Part shown: positions 1 to 9,395 of the stretch, one piece after another
How positions within the stretch are numbered: the first letter of the stretch is position 1
Layout of the letters: each line of letters opens with the position of its first letter
Assembly: GCA_963801815.1 (NCBI GenBank)
Contig: CAWDGJ010000007.1
Coordinates: forward strand, 32,001 to 96,000
DNA length: 64,000 bases
Source of the DNA: an uncultured Verrucomicrobiae bacterium
GTDB taxonomy: Bacteria; Verrucomicrobiota; Verrucomicrobiia; Chthoniobacterales; UBA10450
Direction of reading: 5' to 3'
Notes under the pieces: generated by a model
Database searches by the model: none
What the model was told of the DNA's origin: nothing
The model's input: only the letters and a program-made list of their open reading frames with translations
Program-made: the position numbers and the translations under genes

Positions 1-2
1 AG

Positions 3-386
3 CGTGCTGTCGCGGGAGTTACATCCGGTCTGATTGGCCTCGGCCAGGAGGTTACCTGGCGTGCTAAGCACTTTGGTATTTGGCAGTCACTTACCGTTCG
101 CATCACAATCTTCGAACGACCAACTCACTTCGCCGATGTCATGGTCCGCGGTGCTTTTTGTAGCATGGAGCATCACCACAATTTCGAGACGTGCCCCAAC
201 GGCACAATTATGCGCGACGTATTTGCCTACCAAGCGCCGCTGGGTGTCCTAGGCGATATCGCCGACTTCCTTTTTCTCACGCGTTACATGCGATCGCTCC
301 TAATTGAGCGTAACCGTGTCATCAAACTTACAGCGGAGTCGGACGCCTGGATGCAATACCTTCATAATACGAAAATGTTCACTTGA
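3..386 (+). CDS. SRPBCC/START-like family protein (5' truncated by window edge)
   Basis: Frame is open from base 3: AVAGVTSGLIGLGQEVTWRAKHFGIWQSLTVRIT...FADVMVRGAF..MEHHHNF...MRDVFAYQAPLGVLG, typical of SRPBCC proteins. Confidence 0.8.
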   Translation, partial: RAVAGVTSGLIGLGQEVTWRAKHFGIWQSLTVRITIFERPTHFADVMVRGAFCSMEHHHNFETCPNGTIMRDVFAYQAPLGVLGDIADFLFLTRYMRSLLIERNRVIKLTAESDAWMQYLHNTKMFT

Positions 387-389
387 ACA
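376..389. promoter_or_regulatory. LexA (SOS) box, Verrucomicrobia type TGTTC-N4-GAACA
   Basis: Perfect palindrome aTGTTC-actt-GAACAt, 28 bp upstream of the imuA ATG; matches the motif described for Verrucomicrobia LexA. Confidence 0.85.
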
Positions 390-417
390 TATTCTAACTT
401 CATGCCATGATTCCGGC

Positions 418-1077
418 ATGGTGACGGCTGCGGCCATTATCGATCTCCGGAAGGCGTTGACGGAACGGTTTCCGCAGCGGTCACAGCCTGCAACAACGGT
501 TTTACCGACTCACCTCTCAGTTCTCGATGCAATAACAGGCGGCGGTTTCCCCAAGAGCGCGATCACTGAATTAATTTCCCCGCGCACGAGCGCGGGGAGT
601 GCATCGCTCATTCACTCACTCATTCGATTCGCCCAGCGCGACCAACATTTCATCGCATTAATCGACGGCTCCGATTCGTTTGACCCCGGTTCGTCGAATA
701 ATTCCGCGTTGCAGCATTTGCTCTGGATCCGCTGCCGGAAAGCGTTCGACGCCGTCAAAGTCGCCGATCTGCTTTTGCGCGATGGAAATTTTCCGTTACT
801 GATTGTCGACCTTGTCCTGAACTCGCTCGACGAGCTCCGGAAAATTCCGCAGACGAGCTGGTATCGTTTGCAACGATTAGCTGAATCGGTCCCGAGCGCG
901 TGTTTGATCCTTAATCGCCAAAGCCTGGTCAGCAGCGCGCAGTTGAAAATCGTTCTCGAAAATTCATGGACGCCTGCTGATCTCGAAAAACAAAATGCGA
1001 TGATCGATCTGCGATTTCGAGTTCAACGATCGCACGTCAAATCACTGGTCACTGGTCACTTGTCACTGGTCACTTGA
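418..1077 (+). CDS. imuA: ImuA / RecA-like SOS mutagenesis protein
   Basis: RecA-fold motifs LDAITGGGFPKSAITEL, degenerate Walker A (SAGSAS), ALIDGSDSFDP, LLIVDL; directly followed by imuB-like gene; ATG at 418 after the SOS box. Confidence 0.8.
   Translation: MVTAAAIIDLRKALTERFPQRSQPATTVLPTHLSVLDAITGGGFPKSAITELISPRTSAGSASLIHSLIRFAQRDQHFIALIDGSDSFDPGSSNNSALQHLLWIRCRKAFDAVKVADLLLRDGNFPLLIVDLVLNSLDELRKIPQTSWYRLQRLAESVPSACLILNRQSLVSSAQLKIVLENSWTPADLEKQNAMIDLRFRVQRSHVKSLVTGHLSLVT
1042..1076 (+). repeat. Heptamer tandem array (TCACTKG x5)
   Basis: tcactgg tcactgg tcacttg tcactgg tcacttg; encodes the last residues of ImuA and overlaps its stop codon. Confidence 0.9.
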
Positions 1078-1079
1078 GA

Positions 1080-1601
1080 ATGTTCGCGACGATTTATCTA
1101 CCCAATTTCTATTTACAGGCGACGATCCGGCATCATCCGAAATTGCAGGCCCAGCCGGTTGGTTTGATCGATCCCACTCAAAAGAAAGTCACGATCATTG
1201 AATTGAATGATGCCGCCCAGGAGGCGGGCGTGACCAAAGGCATGACTCCGAGCCAGGCGCTAGCCCGCTGCTTGCAAGTCGTGATCCGAACACGCGAACG
1301 CGCGCAGGAAAAATTGATCGGCGAAATTTTACTACAGCACGCCTTTATGCTTTCCCCGTTTATCGAAGCCACTGCATCCGGGGTTTGCACTGTCCAGTTT
1401 ACCGACAACCGGCAGTTGATCGTCAAAGCTTCGCGGGTTCTGGACAAACTTGAGAAATGCGAAATCCGAGCACACATCGGCATTGCCTCATCGCCTGACA
1501 CCAGCCTCCTGGCCGCGCATTTGGCCCGGCCGATTTTACAAATCGACGAGCCGAAGAAATTTCTCGCGCCATTGCCGATTGAAACGTTGGCGATTGCGTA
1601 G
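1080..1601 (+). CDS. imuB: Short ImuB-like Y-family polymerase N-terminal domain protein (173 aa)
   Basis: MFATIYLPNFYLQA, NDAAQEAGVTKGMTPSQALARC, SPFIE, IGIA, FLAPLPIETL match the ImuB/IMS N-terminal region; catalytic DE absent; C-terminal half absent. Confidence 0.75.
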   Translation: MFATIYLPNFYLQATIRHHPKLQAQPVGLIDPTQKKVTIIELNDAAQEAGVTKGMTPSQALARCLQVVIRTRERAQEKLIGEILLQHAFMLSPFIEATASGVCTVQFTDNRQLIVKASRVLDKLEKCEIRAHIGIASSPDTSLLAAHLARPILQIDEPKKFLAPLPIETLAIA

Positions 1602-1703
1602 CTGGGGTGGATCGGCCGCTCCGCGGGCGATGTTAAACAAATGCGGCTTCGCCGCTTAAAGCTGAAACTAACATCGAGCGGCGGAGCGCTCGATCCACCT
1701 CAG
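1602..1703. repeat. REP/MITE-like ~100 bp imperfect palindrome
   Basis: ctggggtggatcg/cgatccacctcag, cgctccgc/gcggagcg and cgatgtt/aacatcg pair as nested stems; inner gcggc-ttc-gccgc hairpin; lies between convergent genes. Confidence 0.75.
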
Positions 1704-1721
1704 TCGATGAACCGCCGCTAC

Positions 1722-4148
1722 CTATCCCCCGGTGTCTTTTGGATATCGTTCCCGCAATTGTTTAACGACTTTGTCAGCCTCAGCCGCTTTGCCAGCGCGT
1801 TGATACGCGGTGGCCGCTTTCTTCAATGCCCGCGGCGTAACCGCTGGATCGTCATACAACAGCGCGACGCTTTCGAACGCCTTACCTGCATCTTCAAAAT
1901 TGCCGCGTTCGAATTGAACGTCACCGGCGAGCAAACGCGCCTGGGCGTTTACCTGCCCTTCCGGCTGGAGCACCATGATCTGTTCCGCAATCTTCTGCGC
2001 TTCGTCCGGCTTATGGGCGGCGATCTTCACATCGCCAAGCTTCAGCAATACTTTTGCTTTGCCAGCCGGGTCGGTCGCCACCTGTAAATATTTTCCGAGT
2101 GCGTTTTCCGCTTCATCGAATTTTTGTTGCCTGGCGGCCGAATCGCCGAGATAAAACCAAAAATCGGGTTTCACGGACGGGTTATCGATCTTGCCGAGAA
2201 CGCCGAGATACTTCTCCGCGGCTGCGTAATTCTTTTGATTGTAATACTCCGTCCCGAGCCATTCCAAAATCTCAGCTGGAACCCGGGCGTTTGGATTATC
2301 GGCGAGAAGGGCGTCCAATTCCTTGGTAACTGCATTACGATCGTGCGATCCGAAATAGTAACTCGAGATGATTAGGATCGTCGCCTGGGTGTAGTAGCGA
2401 TTTTTATCAAGCTGACGGGAGGTGTTCAGTTCACTCAACGCCGTTTTGTAATCCTTCAACTCGAACGCAGTCTTTCCAATGTAAAAGTGCGCCATTGGCG
2501 CGGAGGTGCTCTTCGGAAATTCTTTCAGGAGCTGCCGGAACGCGTCCGCCATTCCTTTTTTGTTTTCCTGCTGACCAAGAATGAGCGCCTTCCGCTGCAG
2601 CGCTTCCTCGCGCTCACGTGCGTTGGGATACTTGGCCAATATCGCATTCCAATCGGAGAGCGCCGCATCGTAATTCTTGTCGTTCTCGTAGGTCTCTGCG
2701 CGGACTGCGAGGGCGGACGACGCACGCGGGCTGTCGGGGAACGCTTGAACGAAATAACCGTAAGCCTCGATGATTCCCGGAACATCCTTCATTTGAAGGT
2801 AACAGGAGCCGAGTTGATATGCCGCTTCGGCCCGCAGTTTCGGTGAGAGCTGCGAAGGTCGCAGCTCGGCAAAGATGGGCGCCGCGCGAGGAAAGTTCTG
2901 TTGTTTGTAGAGCGCTTCGGCCTTGAACAGCTTCGCCTGGTCGGCACGTTCCTCCGGTGGATTGGTCGCGAGATATTCATCAACTTCCGGCGGCAAGGTC
3001 GAAGGATCTGAATTGTAAATATTCAGCAAGCGTTCGAACGCGGCGTCCTTAGCCTCCTCGCGGCTTGGATATTTCTCGATGATCTCGCGGTACATCGATT
3101 CCGCTTCCTTGGCATGACCAAGCTGCCGATGGCTATTGGCGAAGAACATCATCGCTTCGGCCCGGCTGTCCTCCGGCAACTGTTGCTGAAGTTTCTTATA
3201 ATCGGTCAACACTTGGGCGTATTGACCGGTTTGATATTCCACTTTCAAAACACCAACCTGCGCCAGTCCACGCCATTTTCCGGCTTCCGGTAGCCCGCGC
3301 CCTTTTTGAAGAAGCGCCATCGCCTTGTCGGCCATAGCTTTGTCCTTGTCGGACTGGACCAGCTCGAGTGCGAGCAAGCCGGCGCGCACAGTCGCCTCCG
3401 CCTTCAGCGCCGGTTTCTGGGTTTCATTCGAAAGCGCCTCATACTGCTTCAGCGCGTCTGCCTTGCGCCCCCGTGCACTCGCAATACGCGCGGCAGTTTC
3501 ACGGGCGTCTTCACGATATGGATTCGGGTTCTTGGCTTCGGCGACTTGTTGATAAATATCGCAAGCTTCGTCTTTGTGATCGAGCGCCTCGAGACATCGA
3601 GCTTCGAAATAGTGCGCCGAGAGAGCGACTCCCGGCTCTTTCGATTTCGTGGCAGAACGATGGAACAACGGTAGCGCATCCGCGTAATTCTTCTGGGTGA
3701 AGGCCATTTCCGCCAAGGCGTAAGCCGCTGGACCGGCGAAATCGCTTTCGCCGTAATCGTTTAGGACCCGCTGAAAGTTTGTCCGCGCCGTCGAAGCTTT
3801 GTTCAGGTTGCGGTAACATTCGCCTAACGAAAAGTAAGCGTTCGCGCGACCGGAAGCGCCCGGGTAGTTGTCCAAATATTTTTGATACTCCGGGACAGCA
3901 AGATCGTAGAGCTTACGGGTGAAGAGCGCGTTGGCGTACTCAAGTTGCCGTTTTTCCGGTTGTTCGGTATCCGCTGCCGGCGGCTGGGATGGCGACTCTT
4001 CTTCAATCGGCAACGCGCGTTGCACCTGTTGACCCTGAGGCGGTGGCGGAGGAGGAGGACCCGACGTGCGCTGAGCCGAAACTTGATCAACTAGACAGAG
4101 CAGCATCGCCAGTCCGAGCAGACCGGCTGCGCTGCGCTTATTTTTCAT
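1722..4148 (-). CDS. Secreted multi-TPR protein (CpoB/BamD-like TPR repeats)
   Basis: Signal peptide (VSA|Q), Pro-rich N-terminus, many TPR units ending YP/FP (YLDNYPG, IIEKYPS, LLKEFPKS, LRERYP); overlaps the exbD stop. Confidence 0.8.
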   Translation of the reverse strand: MKNKRSAAGLLGLAMLLCLVDQVSAQRTSGPPPPPPPQGQQVQRALPIEEESPSQPPAADTEQPEKRQLEYANALFTRKLYDLAVPEYQKYLDNYPGASGRANAYFSLGECYRNLNKASTARTNFQRVLNDYGESDFAGPAAYALAEMAFTQKNYADALPLFHRSATKSKEPGVALSAHYFEARCLEALDHKDEACDIYQQVAEAKNPNPYREDARETAARIASARGRKADALKQYEALSNETQKPALKAEATVRAGLLALELVQSDKDKAMADKAMALLQKGRGLPEAGKWRGLAQVGVLKVEYQTGQYAQVLTDYKKLQQQLPEDSRAEAMMFFANSHRQLGHAKEAESMYREIIEKYPSREEAKDAAFERLLNIYNSDPSTLPPEVDEYLATNPPEERADQAKLFKAEALYKQQNFPRAAPIFAELRPSQLSPKLRAEAAYQLGSCYLQMKDVPGIIEAYGYFVQAFPDSPRASSALAVRAETYENDKNYDAALSDWNAILAKYPNAREREEALQRKALILGQQENKKGMADAFRQLLKEFPKSTSAPMAHFYIGKTAFELKDYKTALSELNTSRQLDKNRYYTQATILIISSYYFGSHDRNAVTKELDALLADNPNARVPAEILEWLGTEYYNQKNYAAAEKYLGVLGKIDNPSVKPDFWFYLGDSAARQQKFDEAENALGKYLQVATDPAGKAKVLLKLGDVKIAAHKPDEAQKIAEQIMVLQPEGQVNAQARLLAGDVQFERGNFEDAGKAFESVALLYDDPAVTPRALKKAATAYQRAGKAAEADKVVKQLRERYPKDTGG

Positions 4149-4552
4149 TTTGCGGTCGCGAATGCGACGTTGGTTATTCCGGCTTCGGTGCAGATATTGA
4201 GTACGCCGATGATATTCTTGTAAGCCCCGGATTCATCGCCGCGAATGATCACTGCCTGCTCCGAATTCAGCTGCACCAGATTCTTCAATAAATCAGTCAA
4301 CTCGGCCGAGCTTAGCGTCCGTCGATTAACAACCACATTGCCGTCGGCTTTGACATTCACGACCACATCGCCAATAGGCGTGCTCTTTTCTTTCGCGGCA
4401 GCTGCTTTGGGAACTTTGACGTCGAGCTCATTTTCGTTTCGGGCCGCATTCCACGTCAGAAGAAAGAAGATCAACAGCAACAACAGAACGTCGACCAATG
4501 GGGCAAGTTGGATTCCGGGATGATGAAACGTTGCGTGGCCGCGCAAATTCAT
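4145..4552 (-). CDS. exbD: Biopolymer transporter ExbD/TolR
   Basis: IQLAPLVDVLLLLLIFFL transmembrane motif with conserved Asp; VIIRGD; GITNVAFAT. Confidence 0.9.
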   Translation of the reverse strand: MNLRGHATFHHPGIQLAPLVDVLLLLLIFFLLTWNAARNENELDVKVPKAAAAKEKSTPIGDVVVNVKADGNVVVNRRTLSSAELTDLLKNLVQLNSEQAVIIRGDESGAYKNIIGVLNICTEAGITNVAFATAK

Positions 4553-4763
4553 GATGCGAGATACGCGTTTCGCGATACGGGGTCCGAGCTCTCGTCGCGA
4601 ACGGTTCGGTGTTCACGTTCCACTCTTTCGATGAAGACGTTGAGCTTGCGGCCCAGGAGATCTAAACACGAGCTAAGCTCCCGATAGATTGTCTCATTTG
4701 TTAGTGATCCTGTCTCAAAGAGCATTTTATCACGCATCGCGTACCTCGTAACCCGCCACCCGG
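4549..4763 (-). pseudogene. Internally deleted four-helix-bundle (TIGR02436 / 23S-IVP-like) gene cassette, ORF 4737-4549, flanked by inverted heptamer arrays
   Basis: 62-aa ORF MRDKMLFETGSLTNETIYRELSSCLDLLGRKLNVFIERVEREH resembles the C-terminal helix of four-helix-bundle proteins (recognised from memory, not searched); GATACGN-type x4 at 4553-4580 and inverse CGTAYCN-type x4 at 4733-4760. Confidence 0.65.
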
Positions 4764-5576
4764 TTAAAGTTCGTCCTCGATCAGCACGGGCGTGCGCGGT
4801 TCGACTCGCCTGTCGTACTGAAGCGAAAGCAAAGCAAGCACGTGAGTCGTCGCCGATTCCAGCTCGGAGATAAGCTTCTGGGCTTTGCCGCGGAAGAAGG
4901 CGTAGCACATCATCGCCGGAATACCGATTGCCAGTCCGGCGCAGGTATTAACCAGGGCTTCACTGATCCCCTTGGACAATAAAACGTAACGAGCTGTCCC
5001 GAGGTCGGCTCCAAGTGCGCCGAATGAGCGAATAATTCCAAGCACTGTTCCGAGCAATCCAAGCAGCGGTGCAATCATGCCGATATCGGCGAGATACGTA
5101 ACCCGATTGTTCAGGCTGGAGGCGACCCGCGTTCCTTCCGTCTCGGCAATCTCTCGGACTTGGGCAAGATCCGCATTCGGGTTCTTAGTTGTGAAATCGA
5201 GCATCTTTTGCACTACGCGGGCGATCGCCTCGCCGTGCCGGTTCGAAACCGCGAGTAATCCGAGATAATCGCGCTTTCGCAAAAGAGCATCCGCAGTCGC
5301 CATATAACTACTGGAAGCGACCGCGCCGCGGCGAATCGTCAGCAGATAAACGATTACGAGCATGACAAAGAAAACGGAGAGCGCGAAAAGAATTCCCATT
5401 ACCCAGCCGGCATCCATCAGTGTTTGCAGAATCGACTTCGCATGGACTTCGGGGACCAGCGACGGAACGCCGGCGGCCGCTGCCGGCGGCGGCGCGGGCG
5501 TCGCGGTCATAGTTACAGTCTGCGCGAACAATGGATTTCCGACCGCGAAAGCGATCAGCGAAAGCAAAATCTTCAT
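4764..5576 (-). CDS. exbB: MotA/TolQ/ExbB proton channel protein
   Basis: IAPLLGLLGTVLGIIRSF, GISEALVNTCAGLAIGIPA. Confidence 0.92.
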   Translation of the reverse strand: MKILLSLIAFAVGNPLFAQTVTMTATPAPPPAAAAGVPSLVPEVHAKSILQTLMDAGWVMGILFALSVFFVMLVIVYLLTIRRGAVASSSYMATADALLRKRDYLGLLAVSNRHGEAIARVVQKMLDFTTKNPNADLAQVREIAETEGTRVASSLNNRVTYLADIGMIAPLLGLLGTVLGIIRSFGALGADLGTARYVLLSKGISEALVNTCAGLAIGIPAMMCYAFFRGKAQKLISELESATTHVLALLSLQYDRRVEPRTPVLIEDEL

Positions 5577-5662
5577 GCCAAAAGTGTTCTAATCATAAAC
5601 GCCGCCGGACGGTATGCAAATCTACCAACAACGGTTAAACCTTCGTCCAAAGCGAGAGTTGC

Positions 5663-7643
5663 TCAGGCAAACCGATCACCCTCAATCCAGCGGCGGATGC
5701 GAAAAACGTGGGCCGGCTGAATCTCGGGATCGAGCTCGACGTAATTACGCGCGCCATGCCAGATGTAACGCGCGTCGCTGAGAAGATCGTGCACCTGATA
5801 GGCATCGCCCTCTATTGAGCCGAACTGATCGATCGGAACATCGACATATGAATGTTGTTTTCGATGCGGGTCGAGGTTTACCACCACCAAAATGATGTTG
5901 TCGCGGGCCGGGGTCATCTTTCCGTAGAAAATAATCGCGTCGTTGTCGGCGTGATAGAACTGCAGGTTGTCCTTAAACTGGAGTGCGCGATTGGTTTTCC
6001 GGATTTGGTTCAAGCGCGTGATCCAATCCTTAATGTTGCCAGCCGCGTTCCAATCTCGTTCTTTGAATTGATATTTCTCGGAATCGAGATACTCCTCGCG
6101 ACCCGGCAACGCTTCATTCTCGCAAAGCTCGTAGCCGCTGTAGATGCCGTAAAGCGGTCGAAAGCGTCGCCGCCAGCACCGCCCGAATCATGAACGCCGG
6201 CCGGCCGCCATCCTGCAAGAAAGGCGGCAAGATGTCGGGCGTGTTCGGCCACAAATTGCCGCGAAAATATTCGCGCATTTCGGTTTGCGTGAGCTCAGTG
6301 AGATACTCGGTGAGTTCCTGCTTCGTAGTTTCGCCAGGTGAAATAGGTGTAGCTCTGACTGAAGCCCGCCTTGGCCAGCTCCTTCATCATCTTCGGTCGA
6401 GTAAAGGCCTCGGCGAGAAAAATCATGTCCGGATACTTTTCGCGAACGCGCGCAATCAAGTATTCCCAAAACGCGACCGGTTTGGTGTGCGGATTATCGA
6501 CGCGAAAGGTGCGCACCCCGCGATCCGCCCAAAAGAGAACGATGCTCACCATTTCCGCCCAAAGCTCCGGCCAGTTTTCGCAGCGAAAATTCAGCGGGAT
6601 AAATGTCCTCGTATTTCTTCGGCGGATTCTCGGCGAACTTAATCGAGCCGTCCGGGCGCTGATAAAACCAGTCCGGATGTTCGCGAACGTAGGGATGGTC
6701 CGGCGAACAGTTGATCGCGAAATCGAGCGCGATCTCCATTCCGCGCTTGCGGACTTCGCCGATTCAGCCACTCGAAATCCTCGAGCGTTCCCAGCGACGG
6801 CTCGACCGCTTTGTGGCCGCCGACTTCGCTGCCGATGGCCCAGGGCACGCCGGGATCGCCCGGCTCGCGAAGTGACCGAATTGTTTCGGCCTTTGCGATT
6901 GGTGTGTCCGATCGGATGAATCGGCGGAAAATAAATGATGTTGAAACCCATCTCGCTTCGCATCGTCGATCCGCGGCAGACAATCGCGAAATGTCGATCC
7001 CGATCGCCGCGACCTTCGGCCGAGCGCGGAAAAAATTCGTACCACGCCGCGACCTGCGCCTCGCGTCGATCAACAATCACTCGCGGCGGCGGGGCGTATT
7101 GCGTGGCCCATGAGCGATCGGGATAAGTCGCCATCAAGACTTCGAGCTCGCCCGAATGCACGATGTCGTTGATCTGCGCGTTCTCGGCCGTTCGGATGCA
7201 TTCTGAGAGTTCCCGTAACCGCGCCGCGTCTCCGCCGACGTGCGCGCGCTTCGGACGCGGATTCAATCAGCTCTGCGCCTTCCAGCGCTTCGGCGCTGAA
7301 ATTCGTCAATCCCAGCTTCGAATTTCTTGGTAAACTCATCGCCGCCAGCCTCGAAACGTGTCGGTCCACGCTTCGACCGTGTATTCGTAAGGTGCCGATT
7401 CTCGTAGAACGAACAAACGCCCCGCCAGCGATCGTTGTCGACAAACGTCATCGGCGTTTCGTGCCAGCGCGGTTCGCCGACCAGACGCCACTTCAAGATC
7501 GCGGCCACGACGTCATGACCGTCCTTGAACACGTCCGCTTCGACGACAAGATCGTCGCCAACGATACGCTTGATCGGATAGCGCCCGCCGTCAATCAGCG
7601 GCCGCAAATTCTCGATAACCGCGCTGGGAAAGGCCCGAACCAT
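5663..7643 (-). CDS. glgE: Alpha-1,4-glucan:maltose-1-phosphate maltosyltransferase GlgE (multiple frameshifts)
   Basis: Pieces in different frames: [107 protein letters not shown]. Confidence 0.9.
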
Positions 7644-7713
7644 GGACCTTCAATCAACGCGAAATTAATCCGATGCGAAAGGGGAAATCTCGCGGCAAAC
7701 TTGATGAGCTGGT

Positions 7714-8356
7714 TTAGGCCGCGAAATAGAACGCACACTCGTAAAGACCGCTGGTGTGCGTTTCTTCACGGCGAACGTTCGTGCCGAGGACCGCCTCAAA
7801 CATGTCCTGCTCGAGCCGGCCGATGATCGGATACTTTTCGAGCAGATTCAGAATCGGCGAATGACACTCGAGGATCTGCGGACCATCCTTTTCGGACGAA
7901 AGATACTGCGCCATGAAACCTTCGTTGTCGCGCACTCTGGCCAGCCATTTCGCGCGCTCGACCACCTTGTCGCCCTTTGACCTTTGACCTTCAACGCCGT
8001 GGTCTGCTCTTGCGAACACATTGTAGAGCATCTTCTCTGGCGCGTTCGCACCGTAGATTTCATTAGCCGATTGCAGCAGTTCGAGCGTGAACTGGTTGCT
8101 GTCGACGGGGAACAGATCGTGGCTGCGCCGGGTGAGGCGGTAGACCATTTCCGGCCGGCCCATTTTTTGCGGACGCCGCCAGGTATCGAGATAGCCGTCG
8201 CGCTGCAAGCGTCAGGCAATGCTGCTTGATCCCCATGTAGCTCATCCCCATTTTGTCGACCAATTCGTTGACCGACATTCCCTTTGTTCGCTTAAGCGAG
8301 TTAATAATCTCCAGCCGCTGGGTGCGACCGATCTCAGAAAGCAGACGTTGATTCAT
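7714..8356 (-). CDS. SufR-like winged-HTH transcriptional regulator (frameshift near 8210)
   Basis: N-terminal QRLEIINSLKRTKGMSVNELVDKMGMSYMGIKQHC joins RDGYLDTWRRPQKMGRPEMVYRLT..LFP; C-terminal ILECHSPI..LEQDMF..LYECAFYF. Confidence 0.75.
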
Positions 8357-8444
8357 GGGCGACTAGCATCGGTTCAGTTCGACTTTACACGCGTCGATCT
8401 TTAAAAAACAACATCTAAATAACGCAAATTGCATCGGCAAAAGA

Positions 8445-8462
8445 GATTACACAGATGTAATC
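8445..8462. promoter_or_regulatory. Candidate operator, perfect 7-4-7 palindrome GATTACA-CAGA-TGTAATC
   Basis: Lies in the AT-rich region about 90 bp upstream of the regulator start. Confidence 0.5.
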
Positions 8463-8474
8463 CTCCACTGCCGC

Positions 8475-9378
8475 TCACGGCGAAAATGGAAGATCGGCAA
8501 CTTGCGTAGAAATGCGCGCGTTTTCGTCCAAACACTGCTTCCAGTTTAGTGCCGACCGAATTAAAACCGCGTTTGACGTAACCAATCGCGATTTCCCGGT
8601 CACCGCTCCGCGTTGCGCTGGTGATCCAGCCGGCATCCTTTTCTGGCGGCCCGGAGATTAATCGCATACCCGGAGCGAATGCCGTCCCGGCCAACGAAAT
8701 CAAACCGCAAAGTTGCTTGTTTCGTTGTCCCGACATCTTCATTCGCGAAATGGTTTCCTGGCCGATGTAACAACCTTTCTCGTAATCGATGCAGCGCTGC
8801 TCGAGGTTGGCTTCGACTGGAATGATTTCGCCGGTCAGCTCGCGGCCCCAACGCGGAATTCCCCGCTCCATTCGCAGGCGTTCCCCGCAATCTTCATCGC
8901 AATACTGAAAGTGCCTGGCCAACTCCGTGTTGATCTGCGCGTGTTGACTCGCTTCGCACCAAACGTCGAATCCCGCACAACCGAACCGGTCCGCCAACAC
9001 CACGCCCGCCGGAACCGAAAGCCTCGGCTCATTCGCGCTGATCATATGGAAGATCGACCATTTTGCTGTCACGTCCTCGATCTCGACATCATCAGCGATG
9101 ATGTAACGTTCGAGCCGAGCCTGAAGAACTGGTCGTAGCGCCGGATCCGCATCGATCAGAAAAGAATCGCCGCCCGTGTGAACGAAGAAATGCGCGTCCA
9201 TCTTGCCCTTTGCATTTAAGACACAAGCTTCAATCGATCGCGTTTCGGTCGCTTTCCGAATGTCGTTCGTGATTTGTCCGTTGAGGAAGCGAACGCGATC
9301 CGCTCCGATCACACGCAATTTCACGCGCGGGGAAAGATCAAAAAATAGGCCGTTCCCAAGGCGAATTGGCGCCGTCAT
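8475..9378 (-). CDS. ygfZ: YgfZ/GcvT folate-binding protein (frameshift near 8525; likely true C-terminus ISTQVADLPFSP*, stop at 8475-8477)
   Basis: GADRVRFLNGQITND, LNAKGKM, RMERGIP, signature KGCYIGQE. Confidence 0.9.
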
Positions 9379-9395
9379 TTGCTGGCGCGATTCGA

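Noticed and set aside
5663..7643. glgE as a true pseudogene or programmed frameshift
   Set aside because: The indel pattern is shared with neighbouring and essential genes, and no slippery-site logic is evident; sequencing error is more likely
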